Origin: Anthoceros angustus
Lineage: Eukaryota; Plantae; Anthocerotophyta
NCBI GenBank assembly: GCA_010909165.1
Contig: MU008177.1
Location: 806,001-870,000, forward strand
Direction of reading: 5' to 3'
DNA: 64,000 nucleotides
Below the pieces are notes generated by a model, which was given only the letters and a program-made list of their open reading frames with translations, was not told the origin of the DNA and did no database searches. Below, piece after piece: positions 13,688 to 27,018 of this stretch (position 1 is its first letter; every line of letters begins with the position of its first letter). The translations under genes were made by a program, and so were the position numbers.

Positions 13688-14233
13688 AAGTATTGTGTTT
13701 TATTGAGGGAAAAAACGATGGGGAAAAACCCGTCCAACATGGGACAATCAAGGTAGACCTCGGGGTCAAGGTGAAAAAGAGGGACTAAGCTCCTTACCTA
13801 AAGTTACCTACTGCTCATAGAACACCATATGCATGAAGAACAAATGGCCTGCAAATGACGGAGGAAGAGGAAGGAGCGTCACTTGCCATTGCCGTCTTGT
13901 GAAGGATTGCCGTCGAGAGGGCCCTTTGAAGGGCAATGGAGACTCGCTGTCTGAAGTAAGCTGTGAAATAAGAAAGGGACAACTCCATACCATGCCTGCG
14001 GGCGTGGTACGATTTGGCAGAGGACTTGAGAAATTGATCGAAGTCCGTAACCATTGCCCCACACGTTTCAAGTGCGAGCGGAATAAAAAAGTGGTCCGCT
14101 TGCATCCCGCTATATTTTCTAAACTTGAGAGCCACAGCATCAGCGGCAACCCAATCCAGACGGTTAGCGATAACCTGAACGGAGATGGGTGTCTCGGCGG
14201 TCGATCCAATACGCCGCACACAGTCACTGCGGA
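13688..14233 (-). mobile_element. 5'-truncated RLE-type (CRE-like) non-LTR retrotransposon end
   Basis: KFRKY...FIPLALETCG...YFRQRVSIALQRA is the typical C-terminus of a restriction-like endonuclease. The 3' UTR has AATAAA. Imperfect TSD caaagta..gtcatgaaaaa at 13669-13687 and 14234-14254. Confidence 0.75.
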
Positions 14234-14599
14234 CAAAGTACAAGTCATGAAAAATGCGCGATCTGAGGAGCACAAGCCATTTGTTGAGGTTCAAATGGTT
14301 AGCATGAAGACCTTTGTGGTTGATATTGTTGTAGAGGATTCAGCCTCTCCGCCTGATCTTGTTGTCAATTGAGCATTCGACAAGTTTTTCGCCCGCCTAG
14401 TTATTGTTTTTTTGTTTCACTTGCGACCGTAACAAAAATGGGTGTTGCATTTGCTTGTAAATAGCAGGGAGAAAATATTGTTTCTACATGTACTTCAATT
14501 TATGAGCTTTTCATTTTTTTTCGGTCTCGCTGTCTCGGATTTTGGCATTTACTGATGTCACAACACTTTACTCAAATTGGTGAAAATTGAAGGTCCTCA

Positions 14600-14815
14600 A
14601 GCATTGGCTCAACTATTGTAAAGGAGTGATAAAAGTGCAACTTCAAAATCATATTGCCTTTATAGAAGATTTCCTGCATGTCCCTCCACTAACACATAAT
14701 TTGTTGTTAGCCATACAAGCTACTAGATTACCGACCAGTACAATCATCTTTACTCACAAAGGCTACTTAATAACATCCAAACATGCCTCTTGGCAACTAG
14801 TCAAGGTTATTTGAT
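14600..14815 (+). mobile_element. Ty1/copia pol fragment (protease/pre-integrase region)
   Basis: IEDFLHVPPLTHNLLLAIQ...IIFTHKGYLI fits the copia pattern xDVLxVPxLxxNLLSVxQ...vxFxxxxcxI. Confidence 0.55.
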
Positions 14816-15588
14816 CCCCAAAGTACCAAATTGTTTCATGTAGCTTCAGACATCCCGCCTACACACAAACATCCAACTTAGAAACCTACCCAGAAAACTG
14901 ATTGCTAGAAATTGCTGATCACAAAATAAACCTTGTTGGAGGCCTCTTGTTGTTGTCACCATCGTCTCAGACTAGTTGTCGTCGCTCTAACCTTCGCGAT
15001 CGCATCAAGGACTACTGCATTGGAAGGGCGGCAAACGCTCCCAAAGTTCTCGAAGAGCTCAACAACAGTAGCTGGGCACACATGGGGAGGCTTTTGTCTC
15101 CGTGGCATGAAGATGACAAACCGCCGCGCACAAATTAAACACAACATGAAAGTCGAACGAGGCAAGGTTTTGATCTGATGCGCTTAATCCTTTGATCGAC
15201 GTTTTAGTCAGCAACTCTCGCTGACGAACTTCAAGGTCAATTTGCTTATGAATTGTTGTGTTGAGGGTGGAGCCTGTGCTAGCTTTTAAATCGCTCCTCC
15301 TTTTGCTCGTGATTTTGAACAAGGGATCGTGGCAGCATGAGTACTATAGCATATATTTTTTTTTCACACAAAAAACTCCTATGGTATGTAATGCCTCATC
15401 CTAAATTAAGTCAGATTAGTTTGATTTTTTAATCATTTGGACTTGCTAGTAATACGCTAGAATAGAGAACTTTCAACTCATGCCTACCTCATGGGAAAGC
15501 ATAAGGGTCCCTAGTGGATGTGGAGTAACAAAGTCGGGTAAGAGGCGATGACTAGGAGTGTGTGTTGTACATGCTTTTGATAAAGTGA

Positions 15589-16686
15589 AGAGTAGACGTT
15601 ATTAATAGGCGAGATGGGGAATCCCATCTACCCCTGAAGACCGAGGAGGAACAACCCAAAAAGAGCTAATAGTAAAAGGGGAAGTCCTAGTCCCCTCGAA
15701 TGCCTTTCCCGTAACTACCTACTGCACCAAGGATATCGTGATCATGGATGATGAAGGGCCTACCTACCACCGGTGCCGAAGAAGCCGCTAGTCCTGCGCA
15801 CGTAGCCGTCTTATAAACAGCGTCAGCCAGCGCTTTCTGCAGAGCTATGGAAACCCGCTGGCGAAAGAAAGCCACCACGGAGGAAAGGGGGAGGCCCCTC
15901 CAATTCCTGTGGCTGTGATAGGCTTTTGCACACTCCTTAATTATCTAGAGAAGTCCTTGCCCATAGCCCCATGAATCTCAAGGGCGAGGGGGATGAAAAC
16001 ATGGCCGTCTTGCATAGGAGAGTACTTGTGAGTTTGCTGGTTCTGCATCCTTCCGCCGCCCAGCCCGGGGGGTTGATGATGACATGCTCGCTTATAGAGT
16101 CTCTCGTGGGATCCGTGACAACCACATCAGCGATATAAATTTGCTTCCCCCTAGTATAAAAAAGGTCCACCCTGAGTGACATGCCATTACGCAATGTATA
16201 TGGGCGCTCCCGGTACAAAACAAATCCGCTCTCCATAGTTATCGAAAACATGACGTCGCGAACGGCGTCATGCATAGCAATACATTGCCCCCCCATGGGA
16301 CAACGGGCCAAATGGGATCCGGAATCATCGATGGCAGCTCCACAACTGCACGTGCAAAGAGAAGAGGCCAGAGGATGAGCTTAACCGAGGCGGACCCTCA
16401 TCGCGGTCGAAAGGACCAGTGCGATTGAGCACTGGAATGCAAGGCCGAGCCAAAAGCCGAGCCCCTTCTGAACTAGAATGCAAAGGGCCCAAGACTTGGG
16501 AATGGAGGAGTCCGGAAGGAGGGCCCTTTGCGCCTGTAAATATTGCTTCTCCTGGAGAGAGGCTTGAAGGCCATGCAACCCTTCCTTAGAGAAAGAGGAA
16601 AAAGGAGACATGGCTTCCTTAGCCTCTGAGGAAAGGGAGTCCCTAGCCCGCCTAAGAGAGACCTACAAGGGGAAGGTCGATTATCA
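15589..16686 (-). mobile_element. 5'-truncated RLE-type (CRE-like) non-LTR retrotransposon with 15-bp TSD
   Basis: Zn knuckle CSC...HLARC, then HDAVRD...E...RVD...ADVVVTDP and FFRQRVSIALQKA (frameshifted). Exact direct repeat cttttgataaagtga at 15574-15588 and 16687-16701. Confidence 0.85.
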
Positions 16687-17314
16687 CTTTTGATAAAGTG
16701 ATAATCGGATGTGCGAAGTGTGGGTGCTTTTACAACGATATGTATATATTTTTATATTTATAATAATAATTTTTATTATTTTAAAGTAGGTATGAAAAAA
16801 AGGTTGGATGAATAAATCTAAACCCTAACTACAAAAGGGAAGAAAAAGAGGTGGACAAACATAGTATTTTATAACTTACATGAATGGGTTTCACTCATTC
16901 ATAGCACAGCGAGTTTTACTGATTCATACCTACTCTTTTAAGGACCGATCCCATTTTTTGTAATCCAGGAAAGCTTTCAGGAACCGTGGAATTACATACC
17001 TATATAGAAGAAGAAGAAGAATTTTATGTAAGTCCAGTATAGGACTAGGACCATAGCGCCAGTGGTATCTAATCATAGTTTAACTCGAAGGGTATCAGCC
17101 TTGCAGCCTTGCACGGAGCAGACCGCAGGCGTAAAGCGAGCTGCCAGCTTGCCACGCTTTGAGGTGGGATCACGGCGACGATGCGGAAGAGTACGCCAGA
17201 TGATGCTTATAATCTTTTCTGCAGGCTTTTTTGCAGGCTTTTCTGCTTGCTCAGAAAGCCCGTGGCCTAAACCTCATCAGCAGATAAACGCACCTGCTCA
17301 CCGTACCGCTGTAC

Positions 17315-17826
17315 CGCTCGTGTGCCACAAACCCCGATGCACATCCGATGCACCGGGCTGCCGGCATCCTCTCTCCCTTCCCGGCAATCGCCCGCAGTGT
17401 CCCGTGTTCCTGTTCGTAATGCGTGGGAGAGTGAGCATTTCAAACCTAATCGGCATCACAAGCGCTTCACTTTGGAGGGCATATAAGCTTGAGTTCATGT
17501 GGATCGCTGGATGGGCCAGGCTCCGGAATCTGCACTTGCGAAGTGTCTGGCCAATGTGTCATTGTGATCACATGGCAGGCTCGCGGAGACATGAGGTCGC
17601 CTGATGAGACTTTGTCGTTTGGAACACTTACAAACCCTAATAAGGAAGCAGGACATAGGCGCTTAGCAGGCATAACACTTCTTGCGTCTTCGGCACTCAG
17701 CAGGCGTCTTAGGCACTCAGCAGGACTACGGCCGTGGAGCTGGAGGGTTGGTCGCCAGGAAGGGAGAGAGAGGATGCCGGCCGCACCGTCCATCGGATGT
17801 GCATCGGGGTTTGTGGCCCACGAGCG
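17315..17826 (-). ncRNA. Candidate MIRNA/hairpin RNA precursor (about 75-bp stem, loop containing a putative intron at 17410-17631)
   Basis: 17315-17390 and about 17748-17826 are reverse complements with a 27-bp perfect core and symmetric mismatches. Two differences form G:U pairs only on the minus strand. GTAAGT...CAG lies inside the loop on the minus strand. No TSD. Confidence 0.5.
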
Positions 17827-18914
17827 AGATTTAGGCGACGGGCTCGGAATGTATGTACAGTAGTAATTTATGTGGACAGTAGTTGGGGTGCGCGATCCTG
17901 ACACAAAGGGCTGTGGTAGGGTAAGGGCCCGGGCGCCGATTTTCCGAGCATGGTGCGAGGAAGGAAGCGAGGGCGGCAGCAACGATATCCAAAGGCAGGT
18001 AGGCAGGCAAGCAGGCTGGCTGCCTGACTCTACCAACGACGCGACTGACAGCAGCGAAGCGACAGCGCGTCAACAAACCCGACAATTCCAAGCACACTAG
18101 GCTACAACACCAGCGCCTCAATTGATATGGAGATGGAAGGAAAAAGTCCAAGGAGATGCAATAAAAAAGTGGGGCAAATCCTATCGGCACCTGGAAACCA
18201 GTCATCCTACCTGTCTGAGGTGTCATGTCTACGAACGCATGCCACGGGGAACAACGTCGGCGTGTTGGCAGAGATATTATTCCCATGCCCCAACAGCACA
18301 TTGGCAACCAGTGACCAACCCGTAGGAAAACGTACTGCCAGGATGGCGTCGCGCCTGTCGCATCTTGCGTCCCTCACACTTGCACCTGATCCTCGCACCA
18401 CAGACAAGCGACCAGGACATCCTGGGAATGACGGGACCAAAAGCCTCTGACGGACAATTCAACCTCCTGATGACAGCTGACGAGGCATGCCATGCCTCCC
18501 TCACACTTGAATCTGTCACATGATGCTCAAACCACACACTGGGCATGAAGCATATTTCAAAGGCACAACGTACAGACCAGTCAATATACACACTCTTAAC
18601 GGACTAGAGGTCCAAAGGAGAGGGCCTGTGAGCAGCAACAAATACATACTCCAAGGATGCAAACGACACAGCCCGCCGAATCTCCACCCACAAGTCTGGT
18701 TGACGCGTCAATATGGGTCTCTAAATTGCGTCACACTCCCACTAACTACCAACCTACCCTACACTAGTGACTAGCTAAAGCCCAGTGAAACCTGCAATTA
18801 CACGGTTCGCAGTGCAAATCTCCCACTCAAGTGGACGCGTTTTGTATAGATATAGAACTGCAGACTACCGAGTTCAGTACGTCTGGGATAATCTTGATTA
18901 GGGGCAAGCAGATA

Positions 18915-20567
18915 TTACACTTTCTGCCGCTTCGCAGCCTGCACAAAGCCAGTGAGGACTTGGACCTCGTCCAGTTGCTGCACACCCCGACATGAACTTT
19001 GTGTTAGAAGAAGCGAGGAACGCTTACATACAACACACTCTTGGCACAAACACAGGCCCTAGCTAAGAGTACTCACTTGTGACATGAAGTGCCGCCCAAC
19101 AGCTCGAAGCAGTTGCTCTTTGGTCGAGTTAGGGCCTACATCACCCTGGAATAAACAGCATGGGACAAAAAGTGAGCAAGTGCCCACAAGCTCTTCACAC
19201 CCTGTGCACATAGCCATGCGCAATTGTGATGCAGAATGTTCACTTGGGAAGTGCTTACAAGTTTGAAATGTCTTCGATATCTCTTAAGTGCAGCCGTCTC
19301 CAGCTTGCTTAAATCAACGTGCTGCAGGGTCACAACGCCACAAGTTACTATCGTAGTATTTGCTCCAAGGCAAACAAAGTTGCACGACGCTGCAGATATT
19401 CCACAAGGATGCGTTACAAAGTAGAACAAGAAACATGAAGTTTGAGGACTACCGGAAGCGCGGCAGGCTTTGGTCTGGGAATATCGTCTCCCTTTTTGTC
19501 CAACTGTTGCATAGGTGCAGCTGATTCCTTGGTACCGGTATTGCCTGAACCACTGGCAAGGCTTGTGTTGCCCGCACTTGACATCGTCGTGATGGTTGGT
19601 TTGCGAGGGCGGACTCTGGGCTTGAAAGACCTAGGAAAATCTTCGTCATCTGCGCCAAGTCCTGATTGTCAGCGTGAGAAGTTGGCAAATGCAGGCACGC
19701 AGACAGTCCCCTTTCAGAAATTCGTGGGTAATGCATGCAAAACTAGACTGGCTTTGATCAGCTGCTTCACATGAAAAGCTGACAGCAGTAGCATTGGAAA
19801 CTGACAAATCTTCTAGAAGCGAAGGAGGGACGCATCAACATTGCATGAGGAGGGCCTTCAGGGGCAACCGACCTAGGCTTGCGGTGCTTGAGAAGGGATT
19901 ATCCACATCGTCATCCTCGTGACCAGTAGGAGGTCCAATGACACTTAGCGCATTCCGTTGCAGTTTCACTTCGTCGCCGTTTGTGAGGACCTGACAAGGA
20001 CCATCAATGCAAGGAATCAGCCAAGTTGCAAGTTGGAGAAAAATTCATGAGCCGCTCCATCCCCCTCAAAGGCGGATTCTTGTCAGTTACACTACATTTG
20101 TTTACACTGAGCACACATGCAGCTGCCGCATTGAGCACCAGGCGGATGATTGTTCAGTAGCCTCATCCCAGGGAGCTTCAGCCCGCTTGCAAGCAACTTG
20201 TGTGCTCCTGAGAACATGTCCTCAAGATCAAGAAGCAGGGGTGTATAATCCAGAGGAGGGGAAGAGCCGTGGCAAATTGAGACAAGTGCGCGAAAGGGTT
20301 TGGCAGGGAATTTGCCAGACAAGCATATCCAAGAACCAAATTTGGGAGACAGGCTGTGTATCAACACGCACTCACCAGCCAATGCCAGCCCCCGAGGCCA
20401 ACAGCCTTCTTCACAACTCCATGCAAGCCGACCAAGACAGACTTGGTCCTGTTATTGCCGGTGACAAGAACTTTCGTGTGCCTGGGAAGCACGGAAAGTC
20501 CCTCGTCACTGATCTCCTCACAGCAGGGAGGAAAAAAGCCCGGCGGGCCTCCTTGCGTCTGCAGCAT
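18915..20567 (-). CDS. SAP30-like Sin3/HDAC complex subunit (AFR1/AFR2-like), about 6 exons
   Basis: LSVLPRHTKVLVTGNNRTKSVLVGLHGVVKKAVGLGGWHWL/VLTNGDEVKLQRNALSVI and VDLSKLETAALKRYRRHFKL/...KEQLLRAVGRHFMSQ/QLDEVQVLTGFVQAAKR; stop at 18915. Confidence 0.9.
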
Positions 20568-22569
20568 CACCTCCTTCCACTAAGAAACAGCTGAGCGAAG
20601 AAGCCTGAGTTGCGGCCAGTCCTGGCCTCCGGGATTGCCTACATTGGCAGATGATAACACAGCCCCGCCAAAGACCCTGCCATACCATGCCTGGAATGGT
20701 ACCTGCTGGAGCTGCACCAGATCTGCAAATGCCTCCTCACGGACCGCAATTCCTCCCCATTCACAGGCAGCCAAGAAACGCTAGAAACGGCCAGTCCAGC
20801 CTTGCAGAGAAAGAATGAAGCACCGCAGAGGAAGGTTGCCACAGACGAGCTACAGATATAGATGTCTAGTGCGACAGATACGGCATAGGCTCGATAGCAG
20901 GGAATCAAGAAGCAGCCGGACCCGGGGGAGGGCAATCGGAGGCTGGCTTAGCAATGCGCAGCAAGATTTGGCAAACAAGATTTGGCACATCGGTCGGAAT
21001 CTGCCGCAGAGGCTTGAGAGAGAAGGCCAGCTTGGGACTCTCCAAACAACTCCAGTCCTCCGGCCACAAGAGCGAATTGCAAACTGCAGTCTCAAATTCG
21101 TGAGGGCCGGAATAAGAAGGTGCTAATTCCGGGAGAGGAATGCGGCAGGAGCGGTAGAGGGGAAGGGAAAGGGGACTGAAGACGACTGCAACAAGAAAGC
21201 AGCAGCTCCACCAACACAGAGCAGCAGCAAGCTCCAGCTCCACCCGGTGGGGAGGGACGGGGGCGCAGCAAGGCACGAAATTCACATCATCCTATGACAC
21301 CGAGCTCGCCGCAGCCACCAAATTGCAACCTGCGATTTCGATCCAACATTGCCGCGCCCGCGTCTAATCCCTGGTGGCAGGTGAATGGCATCGCAGGGGA
21401 GGCGGCGGACGAGGACGAGAGCTGCCGAGAGAGCGGAAGCGGGAGGCGAAGTAGAAGCAGAGCATTTGGCTGCAGAGCACAGGTGGAAAGAGGTGGTAAC
21501 GGGCAGTGATCTCCTGCCAAAGCTTGCCGCTGTGCTGTGCCAGCCGCTGGCTCCTGAGTCCTGGTTCTGTGCACGTGGGCCCAGGGCCAAAACAAAAGGA
21601 TGTGGCGATGGCAGTGGAAGCCCCGGCCGTGGCAGAGCGATGAGGTTTGAGGACAGTAAAGTAAGGCGACACAAGCGATGGCAGCTCGAGCGATGGCTGG
21701 TCATGATTCGCGATTCACGATTCGCGATGCGGCGATGCCGCGATGCCCCGATGCCGCGATGCCAAAATGAACCACAAAAAGAAAGCCCGGGAAAAAACAT
21801 CGGGTAGGTAAGTAAAAGACATCGGTGCGCGTTTCATTCGCATTCGCGAAAAAGAGAGGTCCGCAGCTTTTCATGCGTGCGCGATGGGACTCAGGCGCAG
21901 GCGCAGGCTCGTGGGTTCGAACCCAACTCAGATGACGTGGGGCCTCGGATTCCGGGAGGGTTTGTTGTTTTCCGCAATTATCCCAAGGGATCGTTGGCGG
22001 GGCGGGATTGGCACTGGCAACTGGCACGGCACCAAATTTCCCTGGCGCAAGTTTGCCTGCCTTCCCCTTCGACCCTGCGACGGGCGAGGCGAAGCCAAGC
22101 GAAGCGGAATTGCGAGGCGAGGGAGCACGGGCGCCATTTGACTGGGCTCCCGCCGCCAGTTAGGGAGAATGGCAAGCTGCCACGTTGCGAGGGTAATGGT
22201 AATGATAATGGTAATGGGGGGCCATGGCATTGATAAGGCGAGGTCCCACCCACCGTTTTGCCAGCGCGCTGCCAACGTGGTGAGCAGGGCCGGGAGCAAG
22301 GCTCTCACGTTCCCATGAGGGTCGTTTTCCCACAGTGCAACTTGCAATTCCAGGGAAAGTGCACCACTGTGAGTAGGTGCGTTCACAGGACCCAGCCTAG
22401 CCTACCATTCAAGCCTGCTCCTCATGTCTACCTTCCGTGGCTGCAGCACTTGCACTTGCAAGCACTTGCCGCCCTTGTGACTCCCCCTCCTTGAGCCCAC
22501 CACCAACCCACCGTCCCTCCTTCACGTCATCCTCCCTCTCTACAAATCGTGCTCTCTCGCCTTCTATAT

Positions 22570-22699
22570 CGCAGGACGTGATATACCTACATTAGGTGCG
22601 GAACGTAGATAGAGCCCGTTCGCTGTCCTGGCGCGATTCGAACTGCAGATTTCCGGTTCCCAGAGTTAACCGGCTTAACCAACAAGGACACGAGATACG
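22570..22699 (-). mobile_element. tRNA-derived SINE-like element
   Basis: Minus strand has an A-box-like TTGTTGGTTAAG and a B-box GTTCGAATC at tRNA-like spacing. Imperfect TSD ttctatat/ttccatat (22562-22569, 22700-22707). Confidence 0.5.
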
Positions 22700-24157
22700 T
22701 TCCATATAGAGCCTAAGAAGTTAAACTTTACAAGGTTTTGTCCTTTCCCAGTTTATGGAGCTTTCAGTTCCTCCCACGTTGAGCCCAAGAGGAACACAAT
22801 GTACAGGGGTGCCCAACCCTAAACCTAAACCTTAGGGAATGGGATGTATTGCTCCTCCGGGCGATCATAACCTCAGGGACGAAGGGGGGCCTTTCTTCTC
22901 ATAGATTCTATAAGTAGGGATGGAGAGAACCGAATCTACCATAACAAAACTTGAGAGCGAGGGAAAATGTAACCTCACAATAGGCCACAACGCCAGCCGC
23001 ATGTGTCACTCAGATAAGGCAGATTTATGAAGATCACTTTACTGCACTGCATTACAGGAATTTAGGAGCGACATATCCCATGTGTCACTGGAGATGGGCA
23101 GATTGTGAAGATCACTTTACCGATGTGCATTAGAGGCACTTGGGAGAAAACGTAGAAAGTGGGGAAACGGGCAGTGCTAGTGATCCTCGGACGCCAAGAA
23201 ATTACAGAGTTTCCATGATCTGATTGACACAAAAATGGGGCTTTCTTGTTGTCCACAAATATCTTCATGGTATTTTAAGTGGGTAATAATTTTCCTAAAT
23301 ACATAGATATGCTCTATGACGTACTGATTCCCTTCTCCCAAGACACGTTGGCTTTCCTTGTGGTTTTCAACCTACCACTCACCTTTCTTTCCACGTTGAA
23401 GATTTTATCTTAATAAAAATGATCAAAAGTAGGCATAGCACTTTCTCTTTAATAATACGAGCTGGAATAACCTCATCTGCCTACCTACCTATCATGATAT
23501 CGTGTGGAAGAAATCCCCGATAGTGTTATGGCGAGGTATGAGCCCGGGCCCGGGTATAGGGGCCCTGTAGCTGTAATCCGGGACTGGAAAGGACCGGCGG
23601 GGAAGCCGAGCCAGCAGACAAGACACAGGGGAGGCGAGGAGGAGGAAACAAAGACCCGTCTGTTGATGATTGGCATGAGATCATCCATCCAACCAAATGT
23701 TCTTGCGTGTGCCGGTCACGGCAGTTTGGCCTGTGAGCGGGTGGTGTCAGGGCACACTCAGCAAAGGATATCGGTCCCCGGGAAGGACTGATGACTTCCC
23801 ATGGCCCCTGTTGCGGTTGGTGCTTGATAGCCACAATGGCTCGACAGATCGTGTTCAGTCCGGACCTTTTTCCACACCTTTCCGTCACCTCTTCCGTAGG
23901 GCAGAAGCAAAGATGGAATGACGGAACACAGGTAGGGGAGGAGGCTGCCGTAGGGGAGGAGAACTGCATGCTCGTAAGAACCTCGAGAATGAGAGGTACA
24001 GTGAGTGGGGTAGGGCTTCCTCTGCTAGGAATCGAAGAAAAATGTTCCCGACCAGGTGGGAATTGGCATCCACCTGAAAGAATGGTGATACCACTTGCAC
24101 ATACGGCTTGCTCTACCAGCACGCCGGGGTGGCATGCGCTTGCAGCCAGGGACATCT

Positions 24158-26515
<2,358 letters not shown>

Positions 26516-27018
26516 GGTGCACCGAATGCTGTGCAAGCTCACGCCGGCCGGCTGGAGAGCTGGGATCCGCAGAAGTGAAAGCCCTGGACCACGCGCTTGA
26601 TTCTCTCACTCTCTCTCGAGATAAATAGTCTCTGGAAAGAGAACCTGAAAAGAAGGTCCCCGTTCCGCGGCCTCCACTCCTGCATCAGTGCACTGCGTTC
26701 GACGATTAGAGGATCTCTTTTTCAAATGACAGGATAATGGAAAACCGCCTCGAATTCAAGCATGTTGAGTGCACTCCTCCCCAACTGGTGCCCACAATTT
26801 CATCCTGGTGCGAGTGGCACTGGGATGCCCAATATTGACCAAGCATCTTTCCGTCTTTTCTGGCGCTGCCCTGTCGCCTCCCTCTGGAATGGACGCCTGG
26901 ATGACTGGAATCTCGGTTAGCTCGGTGAACGCAGGAGCAGAAGAAGGAACACAGACTGCTTTTTTGCACCATTGCCCATCCCGAATGCAGCTGGGCGAGC
27001 TGGATTAGGAGCTGGAGC

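Noticed and set aside
17601-17630. Hammerhead-like CTGATGA-GAC-TTT-GTC
   Set aside because: The required GAAA after stem II is absent (GTTT) and no stems I/III are evident.
22980-23135. Imperfect approximately 79-bp direct repeat (catgtgtcact...gaagatcactttac)
   Set aside because: Real but only two degenerate units with no associated structure; probably TE debris.
23660-23795. Possible C/D-box snoRNA (TGATGA...CTGA) or small ORF downstream of ADK
   Set aside because: No convincing terminal stem or recognisable rRNA guide; these motifs occur by chance.
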